From NCBI RefSeq assembly GCF_035084215.1, contig NC_090347.1, positions 23,312,001 through 23,376,000 of the forward strand: a stretch of DNA of 64,000 bases, given 5' to 3'. The notes below the pieces were generated by a model. It saw nothing but the letters and a program-made list of their open reading frames with translations, did no database searches and was not told the origin of the DNA. The translations under genes were made by a program, and so were the position numbers. Source of the stretch: Heptranchias perlo. Lineage: Eukaryota. Below are positions 36,205-47,852 of the stretch, in pieces (position 1 is the first letter of the stretch; every line of letters starts with the position of its first letter).

Positions 36205-39200
36205 AGTGTTTGGTCACCCTGAAGCTGGCCACTGAGGGGCTAGTCGGATATATTTGCTGAATATTTCTGCTGATTAGAATTAATTTTCTGCACTTCTAGA
36301 AATGTTCTAAACCAACTAAATCTGAATATTCTACAATATTGAACTACTCTGAATTGAAAAGCTGTTTTAAGCATTTTCCTGCTAGTATCCTAGAGCATTA
36401 TTTCAGAGCCAAGGTTTTGTTATTTGCCAAATAGATATCTTATTTGATGTTCCATTACAATTTGATTTCATTAAAGTAGAATGTGCTTTTATTTGTGACT
36501 CACACAGACATTTAAGGAATTTCCAGTATTTTGGATGAGAAAATTGACACTTGTTTTTGGAATGAAGGAGAATCATTATTAGAAAGTTTCCATTTCACCA
36601 AATGGTACTTCACATAATCAGTCTTATTGTTTCTTTTAAATATACATTGTGATGATAGGTACTATATCAGGAGTACCAACTAGCTAAAGCTAGTTCAAAT
36701 CATTTCAATACTATTGACAATTATTTCAATACTATTGACAAATTGACATTTGTTGACTGTAGGCATTTTTATTTGTGCTGTTGACATTTTATGTACTGTG
36801 GCAAATATTTCCAATTGTGATGAGTTTATTCTCTTTCTCGCCTAAATGCATGTTTTGCACAAGTAATTCCAGTTGTGATCCTTTAAATGGTAATATAACC
36901 TTTTCATGATCACTAATGATCATGACTAGAACTGAAATGATTTAGCCACAGAAATGACCAGTTTTGCAGTATGTTTGTGATGTACCTTCAAAAGTTCAGT
37001 ATTTGAAGTAGCTACGAGTAAGTTTGTCAACAGCCTAATTATTATATCCATCTAGTGTGGAATGTTCCTTTCCCCAACTACTTGCTGAATAGTTATGTAG
37101 AGATCAAAAAGGAAGCTTTGTTTTTAATTAAAATCGAATAAGGAGATGAGGGAGAATTTAAATGCCAAGTTCTTTCCTACCGTTTGCTTTTTTAAGTTCA
37201 TTTTTGACCCCATTTTTAATAATCAGTTTCTACAACTGCAGTGTTTGCAGATACCAAAGTAAGTCTGTGGAAGGATTTTTATTCTTTTTAAAGGGAAAGA
37301 ATTCTGCCTATATTGAGTGCAATCTTATTTTGTTTTGGCATTAACAGGTGACCAATGAATACTTTCCAGAATGAGCTGCTGATTGTAATTAAAACTAAAT
37401 CCCTATATCAGTTTGTCTGCAGCTACTGTGTACAAGGTACCAACTGCCCTGACTTTAATGTTTGAACTTTAAGCTGTACAATTGGGTTTTGCAAAATCCT
37501 CTTAGTTTGGAGGTAACAATCAACTTTCTCACTCCCACACTTGAAAAGGTCAGACCAATGTGAAGTGTCATTTTCCCTCTGGTAACAATTATCCAGATTG
37601 TAGACTCCATGAAATTAGTAGAGCTGAGATTATTTCTTCCTGTTGAGATGCACAAGAACAGGGCACTTTTTTTTCAAATTGGGGGAAGAAAATGGGAAAC
37701 ATTACTGAAATGTAATTGGGACTGAAAAGATCTGTATTCCTTTTAAGAACACACCAGATTCCATTCTCTTAACATCTGCAAATATATAGTTGTTAATGTT
37801 TTATTCACTTTCTACTTACTCAGCAGTCAATAACTGCTCTAATGAGATTCTTAGCAGGCTTTTATGACAAGATTATGATGCTCCACTGTTGGAACATGTA
37901 GCACCTATCCAAACTAAACTGTATAACTGTGGCATTTAAAGCTCTTTTTAACTTAATTCTTTTCAGGATGATTATCAATACATGAACATTTCCGTTTTAA
38001 TCACTGGCAAGAACTTGCTAAAATGTATATATTTCGATTTTCTTCTGTATTTTAACCAATAGTAATTTGCTTTATGACACTAAATGGTGCTAATGATTAA
38101 TTATGATGTCTGTTAGCAGTGGAAAGCGTTCAAATGAAAATAGGTTTTTAGAGGGATGGCTTTTTCTCACCTTGTACACTGGATGGAATAATAAAAACAT
38201 TAGTCATGAGCATTCAGTATAAGTTAAAGCTGGTGTAGTGTTTCTGTTGGTGGTATTAATGCAAAGCTTGTACATTATTGTCAAGAGCACTGATTATGTG
38301 TCATGACTAAAGATGGGCTCTCGATTGACTGGAGCCTGGAATCTTTAATTCAACCTGCATGGTTGGTTGACTCCACTGTAACTAGAGACAGCTCATTTGT
38401 GCCATTGCCTCCATAACTGCTGAATTGAAGGCTGAGTAAACTATTTTGTCCCCTCTGGGAAGTGCTTGAGGTAAGAGCAATATGGGGATAATAACTACTT
38501 TTTCAAGCTGTAGGGATTGAAACTGGTTATGTCAGTGGTTCACCCAGGTGTTTGATAGCCAGCCCTTTTAATTCTCGTTAGAATTTTAATTTGGGTTGTA
38601 TATTGTGCAATTATTTACAGTGTGCTTAGGCTTTCATAATAGATGACTACTGGATTAATAAAAATGGACAAGGCAGCTGGTTTAGTTTATCAACTCCTTG
38701 CTCAGTGTAGTGCCTAACCAAAATGTGTCATTTTGAGTCAGTGCTAATTTTTAAAATTTTCAATCTTATCAATTTTACACTAGAGATGGAACAATGTCTC
38801 CTAAATTCAAAACTACTATCTGTTTTATCGCTTTGTACTCTTGTTAGCTTTCTTTCTCTAGAGTTTGCAAAAAATAATTCTCATTCAAAAATGTAAATTT
38901 TGAGATCTTTTCTTTGTTAGTCTTGAAGATTCTTTCATATTGCACATAAAAGTAATGCAGTGATCAGTATTATTTTGTCTGTTTTGTCCCAGTTCCAAAT
39001 ATTTTAAGACAAAAACCCCAAGAACATACACATTGATAGTTCTTTTGATGCTTGTCACTCTTGTTGGCCAATGCTGTCTACATGGCAACTTTGGTAATGG
39101 TAGACTCCCAAAGTAATTGACATGGCCACTGATTTTCAGTGGCTGACTTAAGTTTGATTCTGGGATTTTTTTTTTAAACTCTCGTTTCTGTTATTCCATC

Positions 39201-39553
39201 CATTTTAAAGCTGAAAATCAGGGCCAGTGGTAGTTGAATATAGGCACTTGGCAACTTTTGGAAGAAAGAAATTGAAGTTATAGAGCACAATTCTCTCAAA
39301 CGACCCAAAGCAATCCACTATATAGGTAAATGTACAGAGAGGTTCCACCAACTGCAGTGACTTAAATGAATGGTTCCTCAATTTTTTTGCAATGGTTGAA
39401 GGAGGACACTGGGAAAATTCCCTGCTCTTTTTTTAAATAGTGCCATGGGATCTTAATATCCTGAACCACTGAAACAGACAGATGAGGAGGCCCTGATTTA
39501 ATGTCTCATCCGGCATCTCCTCAATACAGCACTGTAGTGTCAGCCCAGATTAT

Positions 39554-40200
39554 GGCCTTGAATTTCCTCAGTATTTGCATCCAGAGACCCACGTAACCTT
39601 GGATGCAAATCAATCATGGCTTAAAAGATCACGGAATTTTGGGTGTAGGGGAGTTACATGCGTAACTACAATATGCCCAAATCTCTTCGATGTCGTGTGG
39701 CCGTTTATCGATCCCTCTGCCCAAACGCTTCGCCACACCCCCCCAAGTTACAGAGCCTCATGTATGAGTTTCCTGCAATTACGCTTTCTATGAGGCTCTT
39801 AAAATTATGACCAGATTTTTAGGCACAGCAAGAAACACTCATTTTTCTGGTGTATTACTGAAAAGTTTTGAGTTTTTTTAATCATCCTCTTTCTTTTAAT
39901 AATTTTTTATGGCATAAGATTAAGTCACATTTAAAATTGAACAGCTTTCCCAATTGTAGGTTTTCAAACGTGTGCCTAATGTGCATGAGTGATGGTTGAA
40001 TGAGTTGAAACTTGAATTTTCATACTTAAAGAAGGAATATATGATGTGAAGTCGGCGCTTTCCATGGGCCCTGATTGTTTATGTTGATTTACACCCACTT
40101 GTACGTTTGGGTGTATTCTAATGAGATTGGCAGGAAATTTGTGCGTAACTTGACATTGGCAGAATTTGCAGGGATCGAACCATGGAGGAAATTCCAAGCC
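39554..40200. mobile_element. Non-autonomous DNA transposon (MITE), PIF/Harbinger-like
   Basis: TIRs ggccttgaatttcctc / gaggaaattccaagcc with a 3-bp TSD (TAT) on both sides; interrupts a SINE. Confidence 0.85.
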
Positions 40201-41233
40201 TATGTGTTGAAGTCCTGAAGTGGAGCTTAAACCTATGACTGAACAAGTGTGTTACCAACTGAGCTTAAACTGACATGTTTGTTGTAGAAGTGCCATTTTA
40301 GTTACTACATAGAAAATGGAACAATTCAGAGTATCTGTATTTAAAAGTCCTTAAATTCCAACATCCTACCCAATATAGGTAGTTGTATACTTAATAGCTT
40401 TACCTATCCAAATTGGATTGTTGACAGTAGCAAGATTGATGAAGCTCAGGAACCTCTCTTTTACTTGTGTCCTGTTTGTTTGTTTATCCTGCTTATTTAG
40501 TTTATCTTGTTTATTTACATTTCTAAATTAGTATACCAGACTTTAGTTTGCTTTGATGTTGGTCAAGAACTGTATTTACTCTGCACACCTAGTCAGATGA
40601 GTTTATGTTTGGGTAAGAGACCAGGAATGCTTGTGGGGGGAAAATGCATTGCCTAGTTCCCTTCAAAAGTGGCACTCACACCGGGTTCAGTCCAGTGGGA
40701 AAGTGGCTATGTACTGTGCTTCATATCGAAGAACTTGAAAATGGGGATAATTTGCCCCTGTTGGACCAAGGACATTTACAGTACAAACGTTCCTGACTAA
40801 TCTTCAACACACATTAAATTTAGGAAAGTTGCTTAGAATTTAAAATCACGCTGCTCATCTAAGACCAATATCTTTAGACTATAAGACTCTGATTTGTCAC
40901 ATTTTTCTTTCTATGGTATCTGGAGAATGTTAGAAGATACTGTATATTTTGATCTTTTACAGCAACTTAAAATTTGTACCACATTGCACATTATGTTGTA
41001 ATTTATTTCTTGTGACTCCAAAGTCTTTGTACTGGTCTATTGCCAAATCTTTGTCAGAAGTTAACTGAACATATCAGACAGATCAGGTATCAAAGACTTA
41101 AAAGTTTGTTTTGAAAATTGTTTCTTGGTGTGTGGGCTGTATACACGACCATTCAACAGCAAAGCCCCCCTATAACAGTCCATGGGTAACATTGTAGCAT
41201 TTTGTATCAAGGTGTGTGATATTTATTTTATGT

Positions 41234-41239
41234 AATAAA
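41234..41239 (+). terminator. Candidate distal MFSD11 polyA signal
   Basis: AATAAA preceded by TGTA-containing AT-rich sequence and followed by a GT/T-rich tract (gctgtgtctctttttttc). Confidence 0.4.
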
Positions 41240-44200
41240 GTCATTTGAACTTTACCAGTTGCTGTGTCTCTTTTTTTCTGAAAGCTTAAAATAAAAGTGT
41301 AATTTTTAATTGTAATAAGGTTGTTAATAAGTTTTGTCTGTAAGCCAGGAAACTTTTAATCCACGAAAATATAAATCATTCAATTTTTGTCAACGGATCA
41401 AAATCTTGTTAGCAAAATACTCCAGTTTATGTTCGTGCATTATTGGCTGTTGCATTCATTACAGTGAGGCAAGAAATTGACTGAGAATAAAGCTCTATAA
41501 TACAAATCTGCTTTGATGTATACCAACTTCATTGGAACAAGACCAAAGTCAGAATGTGGAGAAATCAGAATATTTAGCAGACACAAATAGCACTTTCAGA
41601 GCAACTGACAATAGCTTTTCAAGCTATAGTGAAGATTGTTTTGTTCCATAACATTGTATTATTGACAGCAAAAAGGAACACTTAGTTTCTTAAAGAACTT
41701 GTAATGAGTATTGAGAGTATGCTGTGCAAATTATTCAAAGAAAGATTACATTTAGAATGAGCTGAAATGGATATCATTTAAATATTTTAATTAAAACAAT
41801 TTCTTTTATTTAGCCCCCCACTCCAAAGAAATGCCATGAGGCAGGGTTAATGGTCTGTGTCACTGAATTAAATTGATTCTGAATTCTACTTCCTTCACTT
41901 TCTTCTCCCACACCACTTTCTCTTCACCTGTCTGGACACTGTTAATTCTCTAGACGTGAGAGTTAAGTCAGTTAGTTCATATACCGTCAATCGTGTAAGG
42001 TGGAATCAAGCCGGAACAGAGGATCTGCATGAATCGAATGAGCCACCGAAGGGGTTCATCGACCCGATGTGCCAGGGAGGAGGTAAATCAACTCAAACAC
42101 ACTGCTCATAAGGACAAGGTCATATAGGCTCTGGAAACATTGCTAACCACTAGCGCATAGACGCTAATCTATTCAAATGATGTTAACTTGTCAGATATCT
42201 AAGGAGTTTAATCCTAGATGAATCTCACCAATTTGTATCAGTCTCACACATTGATCTCAACTATAATTTGATAATCAGTGATCAAATTAACCTGAAATGC
42301 AGTGATGCACTGAATTGCCTTTACAACCTCTTATGAATTTCATTGAGTAACTCTGTCTATTCATTATTTGTTATTGAAATTGCTAGGTAACTCTGTCAAT
42401 AGCTATTTATAGCTACTAATTGTAGTCAATATTTAATGTTAAGTTGTGATAGTTATAGTTTAGAAATAATTGTTAATGCATTACTTGTCTGACTTCTTTG
42501 ATTTGGCAAGAACAGGTTAATTCATTTAGTATCCCAATTGAGGGTTTGTAAGGTGAACTCCTATTCAATCTGAACTTGGTGATGTAAGACAGTTTGACGA
42601 GCCAAACTTGGGCACCATCAACGCCTAGACCTAAGCTTGGAGGCAAACCCGAGACTTAGTGAGGAGTTAAAGTTGGGGGTGGGGGGAGGGTTAAGGATTC
42701 ATCTGGTGTGTATTTGTCGGGATACAAAACCCAGTGTTCTTACAATATTATACATGTTAGTTGGATTAATATGTTGATGGCATTTCATCTGACTAAATAA
42801 CTATTGTTGCAGAAAATCAGCTGACAGATTACATTTATGTATCAATATTCTATGGATCCTAATATTCACAACTATAACCTTAGAATAATTGATATGGTGC
42901 TACAAAATGGACAATTCTGACCATACTCTTCAACAGCAATATTTGATCGTGGTACTTTTTTTAAAGGTTAATCAGATTTGGTACCCTGTCTTGGAAGACA
43001 CGTGACCAAGTTTATCAAATGATGATGTGATGCAGTAATATTATGTTATTGTTTATAACCATTTCTACAGTTTTTGTAATTTTATTATAAAACTAAGGAA
43101 CAAAAAGAAATGCACCATGAATTTAAAATATTCTAGCTGCAGCATATGGCAGTTCCAGAAACTTGAGGTCTGCCCCAAAAAATACTCCACTGTGGTGATA
43201 ATGCCTCTTTAAAGAATAGAAAACAACAGCTGATCAAATTTGGACCAAATTACAATATTTTTGTCTGCATCTCTTCATTCCCCATTGATTTCTAGCATGT
43301 GCCCTGTTCCATGCTATGTCTCCCTGACCGCCTATGTCCCATCTGGTGCTGTATGCCCTAGCTTGACTGGCTTCTCTTTTTCCACTGCGCACCCCCCACC
43401 AGTTGCCTGGTGAATTTTCTAATAAAAAATTTACTACACAATTGAACATTTAGAAAACCAATCATGAACAATATTGCATTGTTTCAGTTCTTTTGTCAGG
43501 AAGCTTACACTGAATACAAAGCAGTCTTTTGTCCTCAAAAAATGAGTGTGTTGAATGTTGGCTTTCCTTTTTTAATTCCAGTCATGATAGAAATGGTATT
43601 GGCCAGTAATTATCGTTCCCCACTGTTCCCGATAGCTGTACATTGGGATTATTGAAAGGATGCTAAGAAACCATTTTAACACAATATTAGGACAATGGAA
43701 CCATGTTAGTTACATGATCACATGATGTTAATCTATTGTATTCTTCCATGTCAAATTAACATCAATATCAGGGTTTCAGAACAAAGTTCTGGCATTTGAT
43801 CTTGTACTTAGAATTTTAAAATTTAGAATAACTTCTCATGGATGCTTTTTATGCATGTCTCTGATTAGGCTTATTCCAATTTTTTCATATGTTTCATCAA
43901 TTGCTATTTTGTTTTTGTCATTATTTTCTCTTCTGTAGTTTATTCATTTTAAGCCTTGTGCTATCCTCATCAACATTAACATTTTGATTAAGGTGCTGAT
44001 ATTAGCCTTTTCTGGGGATATAGGGATTCATTTTGCCTTATTTGTACCTTTTTTCCACAACTTTTAGACTAGTTGCAATCAATACAATACATAGATTGTA
44101 TCACTGAGATCAGAAAGATAATTGATTTCCATTTAGCCTTGAAGCTATAATTTTGTAGGCAAGCACTGAACGTGTGATATACAGAAGGAAGCATTTGGTA

Positions 44201-44849
44201 CAAGATAAAACCTCCAACTGTGTATGACTTGTATTATTAGAATTTTCTTCATAGTTTGTTATTGGAGTGCTCATGGTTACAGAAATGGTGTTCTCTTTTA
44301 GGGGAGAACACACACCTGAAATGTTTTAATGCACCATTTTACTGCACTGATTTTTTTATGGCAATAAACCAACAATAAGATTGCACCCTGCTGCAGGTTT
44401 CACACACTGCAAAATGCTAACTTCTACTTTAATGTGTGATGTCCTCAAGCTTTTTGTTTCTGGATCACATTCTGTTTGCTTTCCCAAGCCCCAATCGGTA
44501 CTGCAGTCCGGTGTTTCATCTCCATGAGAATTTAAATTGCTAATCTTTGTAGCATCAGAGCTGGTGAACACTTACAGGGCAAATTCTTCCTTTCTCTTTT
44601 AATTTTTTCTCTAACCCTTTTCTAATTATATTAATATTGTTTTTTCTCCCTTCCCTTTGTCTGATTCTATTAATATGCTTGTCTGTCTCTTATTTTTCAG
44701 TTTTGAAGCAGGTACGAGCCCAAAGCATTGACTGTCTGTTCTCTCCACGGATGCTGATTGATCTATTGTACAATCTCAGTGTTTTTTTCTGGTTTTGGCT
44801 CACATTTCCAGCATTTTACTTTTATTTGGACTGAAAAATACCAAATTAG

Positions 44850-45400
44850 AGTACCAATTAGAATACTGTGCATAGTTCTAGGCTCTATATTATAAAAAGG
44901 ATACAGAGGCAATGGTTAAGGTGCAAAAAAGATTCACAAGGATAATGCCAGAACTGAGAGCATATCCTTATGAGGAAAGACTGAACAGGCTGGGGCTCTT
45001 TTCTCTCGAAAAGAGAAGGCTGAAGAGTGACCTAATAGAGGTCTTTAAGATAATGAAAGGGTTTGATAGGGTAGACGGAGAGAAAATCTTTCTGCTTGTG
45101 GGGGTGTCCAAAACTAGAGGTCATAAATATAAGATAATCACTGATAAATCCAATGGGGAATTCAGGAGAAATTTCTTTACCCAAAGAGTGGTAAGAATGT
45201 TGAATGCCTGACTGCAAGGAATAGTTGAGGCAAATAGCATAGATGCATTTAAGGGGAAGCCAGATAAGCACATGAGGGAGAAAGGAATAGAAGGGTATCC
45301 TGATGGGGTTAGATGAATAGGGGTGGGAGGAGGCTCGTGTGGAACATAAAAGACCAGTTGGAACAAATGGCCTGTTCCTGTGCCATAGGCTCTATGTAAA
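44850..45400 (+). mobile_element. CR1-type LINE, 3' fragment
   Basis: VQKRFTRIMPEL...YEERLNRLGLFSLEKRRL...RRNFFTQRVV. Confidence 0.92.
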
Positions 45401-45444
45401 TTGAACATTGATCATTCAGAATTTTGAAAAGTTTTCTTTGTGCT

Positions 45445-46570
45445 GAAATAGAAACAGAAAATAGGAGCAGGAGTAGGCCGTTCGGCCCTTCCAGCCTGCT
45501 CCACCATTCAATATGATCATGGCTGATCCTCTTTCTCAATACCATATTCCCACTCTCTTCCCCATACCCCTTGATGCCTTTTGTGTCTAGAAATCTATCT
45601 ATCTCCTTAAATATATTCAGTGACTTGGCCTCCACAGCATTCTGTGGTAGAGAATTCCACAGGTTCACCACCCTCTGAGTGAAGAAATTTCTCCTCATCT
45701 CAGTCCTAAATGTCCTACTATGTATCCTGAGACTGTGACCCCTCATTCTGGAAACATCCTCCCTATCTAGCCCTGTCAGAATTTTATACATTTCAATGAG
45801 ATCCCTTCTCATTCTTTTAAACTCGAGTGAATACAAGCCAAGTTGACCCAATCTCTCCTCATACAACAGTCCTGCCATTCCCAGGAATCAGTCTGGTGAC
45901 TCTTCGCTGCACTCCCTCTGTGGCAAGTATATCCTTTCTTAGGTAAGGAGACCAAAACTGCACACAATACTCCAGTTGTGGTCTCACCAAGGCCCTGTAT
46001 AACTGCACTAAGACATCCTTGTTCCTGTACTCAAATCCTCTTGCAATGAAGGCCAACATACCATTTGCCTTCCTAACTGCTTGCTGCACCTGCATGTTTG
46101 CTTTCAGTGACTGGTGTACAAGGACACCCAGGTCCCTTTGTACATGAACATTTCCCAATCTATCACCATTTAAATAATACTCTGCCTTTCTGTTTTTCCT
46201 TCTGAAGTGGATAACTTCACATTTATCCACATTATACTGCCTAAATCACCTTGAAGCCTCTTTGCATCTTCCTCTCAACTCTCAATCCCACCTCGTTTTG
46301 TGTCGTCAGCAAACTTGGAAATATAACATTTGGTTCCCTCATCCAAATCATTGATATATATTGTAAACAGCTGGGGCCCAAGCACTGATCCCTGTGGTAC
46401 CCCACTAGTCACTGCCTGCCACCCTGACAAAGACCCATTTATTCCCACTCTCTGTTTCCTGTCTATTAACCAATTTTCAATCCATGCCAGTATATTACCC
46501 CCAATCCCATGTGCTTTAATTTTGCACACTAACCTCTTATGTGGGACTTTATCAAAGGCCTTCTGAAACA
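45445..46570 (-). mobile_element. CR1-type LINE, 3' fragment
   Basis: [10 protein letters not shown]...[10 protein letters not shown]...[38 protein letters not shown] across frames. Confidence 0.94.
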
Positions 46571-46886
46571 TAAAGTTTTAAAAATTACATCTTTTGTTCT
46601 ATATACTGTGTCACCAGGGAACTGCATTCTGTTATTACCTTGGAATCCCTAGATTGATCCATTGAATTACTAATGTCAAAGTCCTTCAAATCCTGCTGCT
46701 ATTTGTTTCATCTGAATGGCAGTTGTGGATATTGCTGGAAGGTCTATACAAAGCTACTGTCTTGCTTAAATTTAAAAAACTAACAGTAATCACATTGCTC
46801 TATTCTTAAACTTGAAGTAACTGTTAATATGCAAAGGACAGTTAATGTTCAACTGCTCGCCTGTGTATTTCTACCCCGTGCACTGT

Positions 46887-46903
46887 GCACCACCTAGTGG
46901 CAG
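46887..46903 (-). promoter_or_regulatory. CTCF-binding motif
   Basis: Minus strand CTGCCACTAGGTGGTGC closely matches the CTCF core CCASYAGRKGGCRS. Confidence 0.65.
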
Positions 46904-46956
46904 AGTTTGGTAACTGTGATTCTACCAGAGAACAGGGATGAAATCAAGGAAATATT

Positions 46957-47852
46957 GGCCTGAAAATTGCTTATGAAATAATGGAGAGGCTAACAGGACT
47001 CATCATTATTTCAGGACAAATGGAAGAGTAAGCTCCGGCGACTGCACGTGTGCAATCAAATGCGGAAGTCTGGAAATTGCTCTACCATTTGCCCTGTTCG
47101 TTTGAAAGCTTTGCGTTAAAGAGATCTCGCTGGCTGAATGGACCAGTGCGAACTTCCTGCACTACCCAGCTGGAAACTAACAAATCTCTCCAGAAAAAAG
47201 GTGCGCTAAGTTATATCAGATCTGAACTAACTTTTAACAGTGTGGTAAGTATTAATAACTGCCATACAACCTCTCTGGCACTGAAAATTAACTTTTAAAA
47301 ATATGGAGTTTTATGCCTCTTGATATTAATTGTTGTTGGATATGAAAAAAAAATTAACTTTTTATTTTTTACATATTGTGTCTTTCTGTGTCTTTTATCT
47401 CTGTCTTTTACTCTTGCCCTGTCTTTATCTCGCTTTCTCTATCTGATTTTATAGTGAATTTACTAATCTAGCTGACACTTCCTGGTTCTTAGTCTGCGTG
47501 GCTTAACAAGGATGCTTCAAGCTGATTGGTTATGGGGAGAGAGCGATCCTTTCATAAAAACATAAGAAATAGGAACAGGAATAGGCTATACGGCCCCTCG
47601 AGCCTGCTCCGCCATTCAATAAGATCGTGGCTGACCTTCACTTTCCTGCCCGATCCTCAATCCCTCGATTCCTTTAGATTTCCCGCTCTCACAGCTCACA
47701 GAACCCTGGGAAAGACTTTTTTCAGCTCGCCATTGAAGCAAGTTGGTACCCAGAGGGATACAAATAGGAAATAGGAAATATTTCCTAGGGTGAGTTTATA
47801 ACTAACGAGGGGTGGGTGAGGTTAGTTTGCCACTCAGTGTAATTTCAGGGCC
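46957..47852. mobile_element. MITE-like element with a nested CR1 3' fragment (~47553-47680)
   Basis: Imperfect TIRs ggcctgaaaattgc / gtaatttcagggcc; a related truncated piece starts at ~49045. Confidence 0.65.

Noticed and set aside
36702-36748. 21-bp tandem duplication in the MFSD11 3' region
   Set aside because: Ordinary slippage event with no functional indication.
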